DNA from: Geosiphon pyriformis uo1
Taxonomy: Eukaryota > Fungi > Glomeromycota
Direction of reading: 5' to 3'
Assembly (NCBI GenBank): GCA_016748015.1
Contig: JAAOMT010000523.1
Coordinates: 1-64,000, forward strand
Length of the DNA: 64,000 nt
Below are positions 27,926 through 41,099 of this stretch, piece by piece (the stretch's first letter is position 1; each line of letters starts with the position of its first letter). The position numbers and the translations under genes were made by a program. The notes beneath the pieces are model-generated. The model was not told where the DNA came from, made no database searches, and saw only the letters and a list, made by a program, of their open reading frames with translations.

Positions 27926-30562
27926 TCATATCTCATAAAATGGATTAAAACCTAGGTAGTCTTGTTTATTCTCCTCTGTATATTTAATAGAAAGTCAATA
28001 ATTAAACCGTTTTTACGAAACCTTATTCAACCTTTCACTAACCTAAGACACTGAAAATCCGTTCGAAATGCGGCATAAATTCCTTTCGAGGTACATAAAG
28101 TTCAAATTTAAGCCAGGCAAACACGCTAAATTCATGCTGTTTGATCTCTTTCTCTGAGACTTCAAGGTGCTTATGAAGTGACTATAAGTTATGATGATGT
28201 AGTTAATTATACTTCAACTAAAAAAAAAATTCAATCGTTCATGTATTATATACCTCTAACAAATCAGAATATGACATCTCTCTTGGTTCGTTCACTTTAC
28301 TGGCCAAAAATAAACATATCGCTGATCATTCCATAAAAATTACAAAAGGTCAGAATTTTAATGCTTTAAATCAATTCCGAAAACTAAGGAATCTTTGTCC
28401 CATAATGATAAAAATGTATACCGGCAATTAATCTGCGATTGTATTTAGCAACATATTTCTACAGGTATTGAAAAAGAGAAAAATTGTGCTTGTTAAATCA
28501 AAAAAACTCATATGTTCACTTAAATTACTCTACCTTAAGTACAAGTTTTTCGAAGAAAACATAAGCTTTTGCAACTGTAGAGAGTTCTAAGTCGAGTTCC
28601 TAACAATTGAAAAACTTAATATATAAAATAACCTGAAATTTTGTAAATAGCATCTTGATAAATAGCCACCTCATATCTCGCCGCAATTAATAATTTCTCC
28701 TTTATTGTTCGAATCTGCGTGAGAGTAAGCGTAGGGTCAATATTAGGATGTGATTGGCGAAATCGTGCATTTAAGTCACGCTTGAGATCAGATTCGCGTG
28801 CTCGTCTTTGTTGCAATATGGAATTCTAAGAGAAATCCTCAATAAACTAAGTTAACAAGAATAAACAAGATCCAAAGCTTTTATATTGATGAGAAACTGA
28901 CCATAAAATTGGGTAAGGATCTACCAGTTTTTTTACCCATTTTTAATTCTGGATCATCGAGATAATATGGATTATAGTCAGTGGCTTCAAGTTCAGGGCT
29001 AATGTATCATGAATAAAGCCAAAGGCTGAGTTAGCAGATTCGGAGGATAATAAATATTCCGAAAAAGGTTTAAATACAATACCCCAAAGAATTACTTGGA
29101 TTTAACAAGTGAGCGTAGGATTCTGCCTAAAAATAGAATTTTTTAGTGCGTAGAACATCTGCGGATTAACTAAATTGAGAATATTTAATTTTTCCATCCT
29201 TTACCTTGAATCCATTACCAAACAAAAGATTCGCATTTTGTTTTCTAAATGAAATAAATTTGGTATTAGAAATAGATTTGAAGGGTTGACAGATATTCGT
29301 TCGGCATATACAATGCTTTTGGATTATAATTAGCAGCAGATATTTTTTTGAGAAAACGCAAGACGTACGGATTATCGCGACGGCTGCGTTGATGTTTATT
29401 TTTATCCTCTTTAAACCCGAATATTGACAAAATCCCGCCAAAGGTAGATTCCTTTTTCGTCGCACGTTGCTTGTTATTTCTTGAGGTATTTTCCAAATAA
29501 AAATATAGGCAAGCGAGAAATATTTCCCAACTCACCGGTGAATTTGAAAGCATAGAATTCGGCTGTTTTACAGCTAAAGTCAAATTTTGATCATTAACTG
29601 GCTCAGAGTAGTCTACACTATGCTGTGTCCTAACAGATCCATAACTGGAAGATAAAGATTCGCGTCGAATGTCTCCGTGCAGATAGTCAGAAGGAGTTTC
29701 GGTGGGCGAAGACAATGAAATTGGGGAAACAGGAACATTCATTATTGGATGATTTTTAAGCGATGAAGCTAACGAAAGTTTTGATTTTTTGAAAATATTA
29801 TTATTAGAGGCAATGGGCTATGAAAAATAATATCTTCATTTGGTAGCATTCGAAAATGAACGAATGGGTTCGTAATAAAAATTTACAGTTTATTAAGGCT
29901 TTTAACCATGTTCTCTGTTGGAGAAGCGAGAACAAACCTGAGCTTTGCTCTTTTGCTATTTTTACATCTTCCGGTTCAACTCCAGTATTTAAGGTATCAT
30001 TAGAGCTGTTGAAACTACCATGATCATTTAAGTCATTTTCATCTAAACGTTCAGCATCAATTTCTGGAATTTTTCCCTTGGCAGGTTTTACCAAACTTTC
30101 CTTTGAAGAGCGCTTTTGGGCGTGCTTATTTGTACCCAAACTGAGGTTCATTAGAAAGTTGGTCGCTTCCTCGCGCAAGCTGCTGCTTCGCCCACGTGCA
30201 TTCACAGAGACATCAAAGGCATCAGCATGATCTTCTATGGCGGAAGTTTCCTTGTAAGCTGAAGTTTCTGTAGAAGTGGGAGTTGCTGTAAGTTCAATAT
30301 TTTTTCCAGACTTAAAAGCGGGTATATCGATAGATAAGACAGGCTTCTTTGGGCTCCCAGGATCAGTGCTGACAGTCCTTTGTGTGGAGAAAGAAACTTG
30401 TGGTTTCCTAAAACTGCCATCGTTTAACAAATTTTCGGGAACGGTTGATGATCGACGAACTGGTGGAAAAGTAGTCTCAGTTCCAAGACTGATGTTTGAT
30501 AAAAATGTGAAGGCAGCTTGGTCTCGTCTACTTCGTGTTTGACGAGGTGAAGCCGTGGTCAT
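27926..30562 (-). CDS. CABLES-like protein (CDK5/ABL1 enzyme substrate family) with C-terminal cyclin-like fold, multi-exon
   Basis: N-terminal RRDQAAFTFLSNISLG; C-terminal YNPYYLDDPEL, SDLKRDLNARFRQSHP..LTLTQIRTIK, TVAKAYVFFEKLVLK, NRRLIA..CLFLASK, EFSVFAWLKFELYVP..EFMPHFERI. Last exon (27926-27975) is inferred; an alternative stop lies near 28038. Confidence 0.85.
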
Positions 30563-30796
30563 TGGTAACAATAAGATAAATCGTGGCAAAATTGCCTGAG
30601 TTTATAATATCCTGGGTACGTGGGGGGTATTTGTTTTCCCTTTGAGCCTCGGAAGGCCAAGTGACAGGTGACGCATGTACACCGAGATCAAATACTCGTG
30701 AGAAAAAGTTTCCCAATTCTCGGTATCTAATCTTTTAATTTTCATACTAGATATTCGAGCTCCTCCCCTTTAACAGTTGGTAAATTAGCGTCCAAA

Positions 30797-32129
30797 ATGC
30801 AACAATATGAATTATATGACATGCCAGCAGACGCCATATCTTCTGTTGTCTTCAGTCCTACAAATCCAGCCTATTTACTAGTGTCGTCTTGGGATAAGGT
30901 TGAAGATCTCTTTCCATTCATCTAAATTTGAAGGCTCTAACAATAACGCAGCTTTTCTCAGAGTGTTAGACTTTATGATGTGCAAGTTCCTGCACCACTT
31001 AAAACAAGCTATACGCATAAGGCGCCTGTTCTTGACTCTTGTTTTTCTGATGGGTCACACGCTTTCAGTGGCGGCTTAGATAAGCGATTAAAAAAGTAAA
31101 TCCTTTCATCTCGAACTTTCAACATCATTGTCTCATCAAGAAACTCAAATCTTTAGGTTCGATTTCAATACTGGAAACGACACTATTCTCGGTTTGCACG
31201 ATGAAGCTATCAAGTGTGTGGAATATAGCAAAGAAAATAGTGCGCACTTTTTCTCTTATATCCAAGATTATGGATCTCTTGAAACTTAACCTCTAATATT
31301 TATTTTAAGGTCTGATTGTCACTGGATCATGGGATAAGAGCATTCGTTTATGGGACATTCGCTCAAAAGATGCTACAGTCGGAATATATCCACAACCTGG
31401 AAAGGTCTTTGCGATTGATGTAATGAATCATAAATTGGTTGTTGCAATGGCAGGGCGACATGTTTTTATCTATGATGTGCGAAACATGAAAGATGCTATT
31501 CAAAAAAGAGAGAGTAGCTTGAAATATATGACCAGATGTGTAAAATGCATGCCAAATGGAGAAGGTCAGTACAATATAGTAAACAAAAAGCAGTAAAATG
31601 AGTTTAATGATTATTATTTCAATTAATACTAGGTTATGCAAGTAGTTCAATTGAAGGACGCGTTTCCGTTGAGTTTTTTGATCCATCTCCAAAATCGCAA
31701 GCTCGCAAATATGCTTTTAAGTGTCATAGAAAGGTCATTGATGGTGTCGACACTGTATATCCTGTAAACGCTCTTGCCTTCAATCCAACGTAAAGCAAAC
31801 GAAAAAAATTATTGTTCATAAATCACCAAGTTTTACTGATCTAATTTTTTCTTGATTTCGTCGTCTATCATATAAGCCATGGTACCTTTGCATCTGGGGG
31901 TGCCGATGGAGTCGTCAACATCTGGGATGGATTCAACAAAAAACGTCTCAGACAATATCCTTCTTACCCATCTAGCGTTGCCAGTTTAAGTTTCAGCTGC
32001 GATGGAAGATTTTTGGCCGTAGCAAGTAGTTACACTTTTGAGGAAGGTGAAAAAGATCATCCACCAGATTCAGTCTTTATACGACCTCTTGCAGAAAACG
32101 AATGCAGACCTAAACAGCTGGGAAGCTAA
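30797..32129 (+). CDS. BUB3: Spindle checkpoint WD40 protein Bub3, 6 exons
   Basis: [92 protein letters not shown]; GT-AG introns. Confidence 0.95.
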
Positions 32130-32649
32130 TGAGATGGTGAGTTTACATTTATTGATTTCTACATTTTACTGCTTTTTGCTTTCACCTTCACCTTCAAAGA
32201 CAGATAGGACATTTTTTGGAAAAACCATACCTAACGGTAATGTGTTTTACGCTTGAACACTCGGTTTCATCGATTTTTTTTCTATTGATTTTGATTTTTC
32301 TTCATTTGAAGCGCAATAGCTAACCAGTCAAGTCTTCCAAAATGATAAATTTTGCAAGGGCTCGTATTGGAGAATTTTGCAGATGCAAAGTTTAAGATGA
32401 GAATCTAGTGGAATTTTCACTGATCGGGTTATCACCTTAGCTGCATAGAGCTAGCTCCTCTACAAACATTCAGTGCTAATTAATAAGAAATGATACTTTC
32501 TTCCATAACCTAGTTTTTCACTCTTTTTACCTATTTCCCTTGAGTCTATTCTATAAAGGATGTCTTTACAAAATTCTGTTTTCAAAATTGCTATGACCAA
32601 TTTCGGGCACTTTTATTTTCATGCTTAGGTCTTAAGCGGTAAATGAAGA

Positions 32650-33101
32650 TCACTTATTCTTAGTTTGCCTAAAGGTGAATCGTTTTCTTGTTGGCGAAAA
32701 TTCACCCAACTTGTGCCCAATCATTTCTTCGCTAATTAAAACTGGAATATAGGTTTTGCCATTATGCACCAAAAATTTAATCCCCACAAATGAAGGCAGA
32801 ATCGTACAGGAACGTGCATGGGTTTTTATCGGGGCTTTTGTAGCAAGTGCTTGTCGCAGGCCTATGTAAGCGGGATCATGTATAATTAAAAAAATAATAT
32901 TCTCATAGAGTTGAAGTTACGAGAGGCTGGTGATTTGTCAGCTAAAAGTTAAACTTTACCCGGAAACTGAACGAAGTATGGGCCTTTTTAAAGGAGAGTT
33001 TGTTAATTAAACTCCTTTTTGAGGGGAGAAAATGAAATTTACCATTTATCTGGCTTACCTTTCCATGCAGAGCGACGGAGAAGCGTGATAGAAGGGTACA
33101 T
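32650..33101 (-). CDS. RSM19: Mitochondrial ribosomal protein uS19m, 3 exons, 92 aa
   Basis: Exons 33101-33059, 32983-32960, 32861-32650 splice to [92 protein letters not shown]. Confidence 0.95.
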
Positions 33102-33147
33102 AAGGTGATAGTTGATAACAGTAGTCTACAGTGATGGATGTCTGTAA

Positions 33148-33205
33148 TATTGATAATCTATATATATAATCATTGATAATCTATATATATAATCATTGAT
33201 AATAT
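33148..33205. repeat. ~2.5 copies of a 23-bp repeat (CATTGATAATCTATATATATAAT) in the divergent RSM19/eIF2B-gamma promoter
   Basis: Seen directly. Confidence 0.85.
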
Positions 33206-33255
33206 ATATCATTGTTGTCAACCCTCAAAACCATTGTAAACGAAGCAACAAAAAG

Positions 33256-35427
33256 ATGTTACTCTTCGAAGCGGGAAAGAAAAAAGCCCAACAACCGTAT
33301 CAACATAGAACCACAGAATTTCAAGCTGTGGTGCTAGCTGGTTTTGGCAACAGGTAATATTTTTTCCTTTCCCTTTAGCTGTACATATATTTCACAAAAA
33401 TCAGAGTAAACAATCTACATATGTTTATTCGCTTTAGTCTATATCCGCTTACAGAGGAAAATAATTTACCAAAAGCTTTGCTTCCAATAGCCAATAAACC
33501 AATGATATATTACGTGTTGGACTGGTTGGAACGGGCTGGAATCTTTGGTATGGCTTAATTGATTCAATGAAATTATTTTACCTGGTGGCTCTCATTTCCA
33601 GCTGTCAAACTATGATTTTATCTTATTCTAATTTACTGTACAGATGTTATGATCATTTCGCTGCCCAGCGGTGAGCATAAGCTTACCTCATACCTCAAGA
33701 ATACATATGAAGGCAAGTTGAAACCAACTTTAGAAATAGTGCGGGAGGAAAACCTTGGAACTGCTGACATATTACGTGTAGTTAAAGATAAAATCAAGGT
33801 ATTTCTTCCAAAGACTACAAAATATATGTTGAATATAAAATTTGTAACTCTAAGATATAATTTCCTTTCAAAGTAAAGCTTGATGTTATTATTTTAGAAC
33901 GATTTTATTGTCGTGAGTTGCGATTTGGTTCTTGATCTCGTGCCACACCAATTTCTGGATTATCATCGAACTGAAGATCCTACTTTTACCGCTCTGTTCT
34001 ATGAACCTAGTAAAGTGGAGAGTGGTGGCGCAATTGGCGGAAGTGTCTCCAAAGACGATAGTATGGATTTCATTTGATAACATGAAAGAAGTTGTCTTTC
34101 CACTGCGAAAGATCTTAATTATGGAAATGATTTCTTTTCCAATAGATACAAGGCTTTTCATTGGGGTTGATACGACCAGATCTCGTTTAGTCTACATTAC
34201 CGCAGCTGATGATTTAGATCAGGAACTCTCTCTGCGGATGTCTCTTTTATGGAAGTGCGTAGTGGTTCGTGATTTATCCGATCTTCTTTTTATACAATCA
34301 TGCTACTAATTCGATTTCAAGATCTGAAATAATAACCTAACTTGCCCGACTTTGCTAAAGATTTCCTCGCGTAAACATCCACACTACACTCCAAGACGCT
34401 CATCTATACATTTTTAAAAGATGGGTCATTGACTTGATATCTCAAAAAAAGTCAATTAGCAGTCTAAGTGAACACCTTGTTCCCTTTTTGTTAAAATGTC
34501 AATATCAAAAGAAATTACTGGAACGAGAAGGAGTATATAAACGTATGTCTGAATCAATCACCCTTTGTAATATAGCTTTTCAATTTGATAGTCGAATAGA
34601 TTGATCTAACTTGACCTTTAGTTGCAATTTCGCAGGAGACTCACCAAAAGACAGCGCTTCAATACTCAACTACTTGGGAAAAAGAAGATAAAGAATATCC
34701 AGTCCGATGTCAAATATACATATATAAAGATGGGTTTTGTGGGCGTGGCAACACAGTGCCTACATATTGCGAGCTCAATCGTCACGTATGTAGCTAGTCT
34801 GTTTTTAGGGAAGATAATGGTTTTATTTTAATATTTAAAGATTCCGTTACCCTAAAAATAGGTGACAAAAATTAGTACCGGGCTTCGTGTGCCACCAACA
34901 GCGGAAATCACACCGAAAACACAAGTAAAGTGTTGTCATTTTCAACATTATTGAAGTTGAAAGGAAATATTACTTCTTACAATTCTCCGTTAATATTTTC
35001 AGGTTGGATCTGATTCAATGATAGGTGAGGATACCAAGATAGATGAGAGAACTTCTATTAAACGATCCACAATAGGTGCGCATTGTGTAATCGGAAAGAA
35101 CGTTAAAATCAATAACTCAATTGTTATGGATCATGTGGTAGTGGAAGAAAAGTAAGTTGGAATTTAACGGATTTAAATCTTCAAAACCCCATATTAATAT
35201 TCTTTATAGTGTAAAATTAGATGGGTGTGTTGTCTGTAACAATGCCAGGATCCAAACGAAATCACAGTTAAGGGATTGTGAAATAGGTGGTGGCTTTGTA
35301 GTTGAAGCTGAAAGTAAGAATTTATGGTTACTATTTTCGAAGTTTGCAGCCTATTTATCTTATTTCATTTTATTTTATAGCTCAAGCGAAAAACGAACAG
35401 CTTGTAGAATTCCAGGATTTAAGCTGA
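33256..35427 (+). CDS. GCD1: Translation initiation factor eIF2B gamma subunit, multi-exon
   Basis: EFQAVVLAGFGNSLYPLTEENNLPKALLPIANKPMI, GTADILR, DFIVVSCDL, LQDAHLYIFKRWV, and a C-terminal hexapeptide beta-helix (VGSDSMIG..IKRSTIGAHCVIGKNVKI). Confidence 0.92.
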
Positions 35428-35589
35428 ATATATAAATTCAGTTCTTTAATAAAAGAAAAAGAAAAATCCATATTAAATTATTGTTAAACCTTTAATAAAT
35501 GAATATTAAATAATTTTGAAAATTAATATTGTAAATTAAAATATTTGCAAATAACATATAAACTTTAATTTTATTGTTAAAAATATTTA

Positions 35590-38500
35590 TTTAATTATTT
35601 TAACTTTTTTTTAATTTTATGACCACAACTAGAACAAAGAGTAAAAAAGTTTAAAATATTATTTTTTCTTTAGTAATTAATAAAGTTTTAACAAAAAAGG
35701 GTTTTTCTGTTATTGAAGTAGTTAAACAAAACATTTTAACAATGTTTTTTTTAAAATATTGATAGTAAAAAGCTGTTTTTGACAACTTTTAAAGCATTTT
35801 TTTTCTTTTTAACTAGTGATTTTTTTTTAGTTAAAGTTTTTTTTATGAGATATACTTAAATTAATCTTAATATTGTTTTTATTTTTTTTAAAAGTCTTAA
35901 AGTTTTTAATAATAGACTAATTAACAAACTGGTCTTTCTTGTTTTTATTATTACTATTATTATTATTACTTTTGCAAATAATTAAAAAAACCAAAGATTT
36001 CAAAAAACAACAGCAGTTATTTGTATTTATCAAATTTTTTTGTGATTTTAAATAAATTTTGAATAAAATTTCTTTAATAGTAATTAATCTTCTTTCTAAT
36101 ATAAACAACAATAATAATAGTATATTTATTAAAATAAATTAAAATTAATTATTGGTTGTATTGTTAAATATAATGTTTTCTGACAGATTATTGTTAAATT
36201 TAAAAGCAAAACAATTTATTAGATTATTTAATCTTAAGAATTAGACTAATTAAATAAAAACTAAATTAATTTTTTCTTTTTTGTTTTTTGGTACTGTCTT
36301 TAATAATGTCTAAAAAACAATTTTTAATTATTAAAAGTTTTTTAGATAAATAGTATTATCAGTTAAAATTTGAGATATTAATTAACATGAAATTATTTTT
36401 ATAATTTCTATTATTAACTAGCATATATTATTATTTTAATTTATTATTTATTATCTTATTAAATTATTTGAATTATTTAATTAATAAATTAATTTATATA
36501 AAACACAAATATAATCAAATTATGTAATATGTTAAACTATATAATAATTATAATTTATAATAATTTGATAAAATATTTAACAGTTTATTAAAATAATCTA
36601 TAATTTATAGAAATAATTTGTAGTTTGATAAAATGTATCTTTAGTTTACTAAAATATTAAGAAAAAAAAATGCTAAATTATAAAATAATATTATAATAAG
36701 TTGTATAAAAAAAAATTTCTTTTTAAGAAAATATATTTTTTACTAAATATTTTAATTAAAATTATTTTTTATATAAATTAATTCCAATAAAAAAACATAA
36801 AATTTTTTAATTATTTTCTGTTTCAAAATTAACTATTTATATTAACATTTAAATTTAATTATTTACTAATTTTAGTAATTATTAATAATTTTTAAACTTG
36901 AATTCAAAATAATTTTTTAACATATTTCTTATTTTTTTTCTTTTAATTTATTTTTTTTTTCTTTTAGTTTCTTTTTTTATATTATTGAATAGTTTACAAA
37001 TAAAATTTTTTGTAAAAAAATTGATTTTACTACAAAGTAACTGCATATTAATTAAAAAACTTATAAACAAAATTTTTTGGTAAAAAAATTAATTTTTATC
37101 ACAAAGTAACTATATAAGTAATTAACACAAAATTGGTTATTCTATTATAAATCCAACAGCATATATAGTTTAAAGTATAAAAAGATACTTTAAAAAAAAA
37201 TTAGCTTATTAAAAGTTTATTAACTTTTATTAACAGTAGAATTAATAACAAAATAACATTAACAATATTAAAAAAAAGATAAAAAAACTTTTAGTAATAA
37301 TAATTTTTACTTTGATATTTGGTATTATTTTTAAAATTAAATTAGTTTTGATAAATTTTTTGTTTTATTTGTTGTTTGGCTTTGTTAAATTCAAATCTGT
37401 TTTAAAAAACAATATTAAGTAGTTTTATGTAAAATTTGCTTTTAAGTCTTTTTTAGTTGCTATTATTAATATTGTTATTAATAATTTTTTTTTATATTTA
37501 AATTGCAAAATTTTTTGTAATAGCTTTTAATTCTTTTTTTTCTATTTTTATTATATTTTATAATATTCTTTTTGGCATATCTTTTAATAATATTAAAAAT
37601 GCTTTTGGTGTTTTTAGTATTATTATTTTAATTAAATTAAAGTCTGTTAACTTGTAATAATATATTGTTGTTAATTTTAAGAACTTTTTTTTTGTTGTTG
37701 TTGCTCTTAATAACTAATTTGTACTAAAAAAAAAAAACTGTATTTGGATTTTTTTTTTTTTTAACCAAAAAAAAATTATTATTTTATATGATACTTTTAA
37801 ATTAACCAATTTTTTTTTAGTTATACTGTTTTTAAAATTAATAATTTGATTTTTCAAGTTAATAATTCTATTTATTTTATTTTTTATTTTCTTGATTTTT
37901 ATTGTTATTAATTGCTATTATAATATTTGATTTTTATGAGTTTTTGAATTTTGTTGTTGTAAAGATTAATACTTTATACAAATATTGTATCTAATAAAAA
38001 CTTCTTAAATATATTATTATTATAGATATTAAAGTTTAGATTATTTGTTTGTTAATTATAAATAATAATATTTTTTTTTTAAGTTGTTTGTTAAATTTTT
38101 ATTGGATTTAAATTTTTTGTACTATTTTTATTAATAAAAAATTTTATGTTAAGACTTTTGTTCTCTTGGCTTTTTTTTGTTGTTTCTATAACTATTTTTG
38201 TTATTATTTTTGTGACCAAATCAAGATTTAATTTTTTAAAATCTTAAATTTTGAATTTAACTTTTTAAATTAAGTCTGTTATTAAACCAATTAAAAAATT
38301 AATTATATTAATTACTATTTTTTAAAATTTTTTTTGTTGTATTTATAAAGATTAAAAGTATAATTACAGTTGTTTAAAATAAAGTATTTATTTTTGGTAA
38401 AACATTAAACAAAATTAGTATTAAGTTAATTAAAGTAAAAAACTAAATATAATATTAAAACTAAATTCATAAATAATATTAATTATGTATTAAATAAAAA

Positions 38501-38715
38501 CACATATTCTTAATTAATAATTTTTTAAGAACATTAATTTTTTAAGATTAAGCAAAATTTTAATAAAATTGCTAAGTAGTTAAGTAAATTAATCATAAAT
38601 AATAGTTTTTTAATTGTAATTATATACAAGATATTTTTTTAAAATAATTTTTTTTAGATTAAATATAGTTTAATTTAAATTAAATTTATGTCTAATTACA
38701 TATAAAAAATACATC
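35590..38715 (+). mobile_element. ORF1-only non-LTR element, copy 1 (heavily decayed, interrupted by a solo LTR)
   Basis: ATGACCACAACTAGAACAAAGAGTAAAAAAG at 35619 is identical to the start of ORF 40979(-); collinear decayed homology follows. Confidence 0.8.
36354..37299 (+). repeat. Solo LTR of family B
   Basis: Full-length homology to 10660-11727; flanks ATAG/ATAA; the host element resumes exactly after it. Confidence 0.85.
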
Positions 38716-38716
38716 A

Positions 38717-41010
38717 TTTTTTTTTTAATATTTTAATAAGGTGTGCCCAAATATTATTTAATACTATGCATCACTAAGGGATTATAAATTAGACATAAAT
38801 CACACATTTTCTACATGTGACAAACCACTCGAGTTAGTCAAGACACTAACTAAGCTAAAACAATAAAAGGTAGAAATAATTCCAACTCACAAATTTTTTT
38901 AATCACACCATTCAGATTTCTAGAATCAAAAATAAACTTACTAAGAAATAATCTAGTAAATTCAACATTACTCCTAACCTTAGCACCCAATATCTGCCAT
39001 AAAGCAATAACACACTCAACAGTATCTTTACTCAAAAGAGAAGATTTGGTGGCCTGCATATCATCATAATCCATGCCAGCAAAGTCAACTTTAGACCTAA
39101 GACAAGCAATATCTTTAGACACACCAACCAAAAAATTGGCAAAATTGTTAGAAGCATATTTTATAGAAAGGAGATCTTTCTCTAACTGAACAGTCTTAAC
39201 AGTATTATCATTAAGAAAACGAAATACTAAGGCAACCAAAAAGCCAACAGATTCAACAATAGACTTTACCAAAGCAGCCAAATTCGAAATTTGCTTTTCC
39301 AAAAAATCCAATCTGGACCCAACAGCAGGATTAACAACAGCTACAGGAGAGGCGGAAGCCACCAAAAGAGAAAATTCAGATATAACAGGAGGAGCAAATG
39401 CCTTAGCATAAGACAAAAAACCAACAAAACATGGTTTGAATACCTTGGGAGTCTTAGGAAAGGGAGATGAAGCAACTTTACAGTCTACAGCCAAGTAACC
39501 TGTTTCTTGACACTGAAAACAATACCAACAATTAGAAGTCTCTTACCAGATACAGCACTTTCTAAGTGTACCAGTTTTGGCAACAGCAAGATCCAAATCA
39601 GCTTGGGAGCCAAACATAACTAAAGCAAAACAAAGACAATGACCAGAATCAGGAGACTGAAGAATGAAACAAGACTGGCCACCAACCTGAAAAATCATAT
39701 TACTGATTTTAAAGGCAGTATAGTCAGGAGGAAGATTAACCAACTTGGTCTTAAATCTATCATGAGACAAAATAGTCTTATTTTGATTCACCAAGGGAAA
39801 GATTCTAACACTATCTCTGCCCACCAATACTGACCAATGATCCAAAGCAGACATAGCAGAATCTAACTTTTCAAAATGAACCACTACATATTGCCAAATG
39901 CCAGCAGGCTTCAGCACAACATAAGTAACCATACCAAAAACACTAAGAGCTGTCTTAATATTAGCAATAGACATACTTAAAGGCACATCACACAGCACAA
40001 CAGTAGCAGAAAGGAATCCAGACTCAGAAACCACCAAAAACTTGGCAATTTTAAGAGTGGCAAGACAAACAGAGCTTGTAAGCTCAACTAAAAATATAGC
40101 ATCTAAAGAGATTTGAGAAGCAAATTCCATACAAAAAAGCTTTACATTGTTTTTTAAAACAGACTTAGCATCCAAAAAACCATGTACAAACTGAAAAACA
40201 GCCTTAATATGAGCCAATTTGATTTTAAAAGTAGCACCAAGCACCAGAATGGAGGCCACTTATCCAGCAAATCTTTGACGACTAGTAATAGTTTTTTAAG
40301 CACTATCAGAAGTAGTACCAGAAACTAGAGAAGAAGATGATTCAGTTTCCATTTGATCAGCCCAGTTCTCAAGAACAAATGACCCAACAGAAGAAGATTG
40401 TTTTGCTTCCAAAACTGGTAATGATCTGCTGAAAGACACCACATTTGGCAACACAGTCAATGGTTGATCTAAGCTTATCTTGAATGACATGCCAGATGAT
40501 GCTATGGAGATTTCATCTAAGATTTCATTGAAAACCACAAAGGAGTTCGGTGTAACAATAGCAGAGGCAAGTGACTGCTCCCACTTTTCTGAACTTTTGG
40601 TCTTTTTGATCATTTTTTTTGAAGAGGTAGTGCTAGAAGCACCAGGTGTTAAATCTATAGAAAGAAAAACCAGCTTATTCATTGGTCTATTATTAAAAAC
40701 TTTTGGGCTCTTAGTCAGAATGGAGGCAACACTGGAACTAATCCAAGTGTGTCTCTTTGAGGGAACTTTGACTGGTGAGAAACCAGCCAAAAATAAGGAA
40801 GTTGCTTTAGTGGCTACCAAAGACAGCTTATCATAATTACTGGATAAAGGAAAGACTTCTAAAACGTTCTGTCTAGTTGCTTTTACAACAGAGAAAGCTC
40901 CTCTGGTTGAAATTTTATTAGATATCTCAGGACAAATATCAGGTGCAGCTTTTTTACTCTTTGTTCTAGTTGTGGTCATAAAATTAAGAAGACAAAGAGT
41001 TTTTTTTTTG
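38717..41010 (-). mobile_element. ORF1-only non-LTR element, copy 2 (best preserved): ~710-codon gag-like ORF1 with internal stops, then 3' tail and poly(A)
   Basis: ORFs 40296-40979, 39543-40259 and 38850-39494 lie in one frame. RRM-like segments (GIWQYVVVHF, FALVMFGSQ), knuckle remnant YCFQCQETGYLAVDC, coiled coil RLDFLEKQISNLAALV. No EN or RT follows; tail at 38735-38845, A10 at 38717-38726. Confidence 0.85.
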
Positions 41011-41099
41011 TGTACATAATTTATATTTAATTTAAGATACTTTAAAAATTATATTGTATTTGATTATATTTGAATATTAAATTATAATATTTGTATTTT

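Noticed and set aside
16349-32129. Functional cell-cycle cluster (CEP192-like, CK2 beta, CABLES, BUB3)
   Set aside because: Genes are split by TE blocks and mixed with translation genes; chance cannot be excluded without synteny data.
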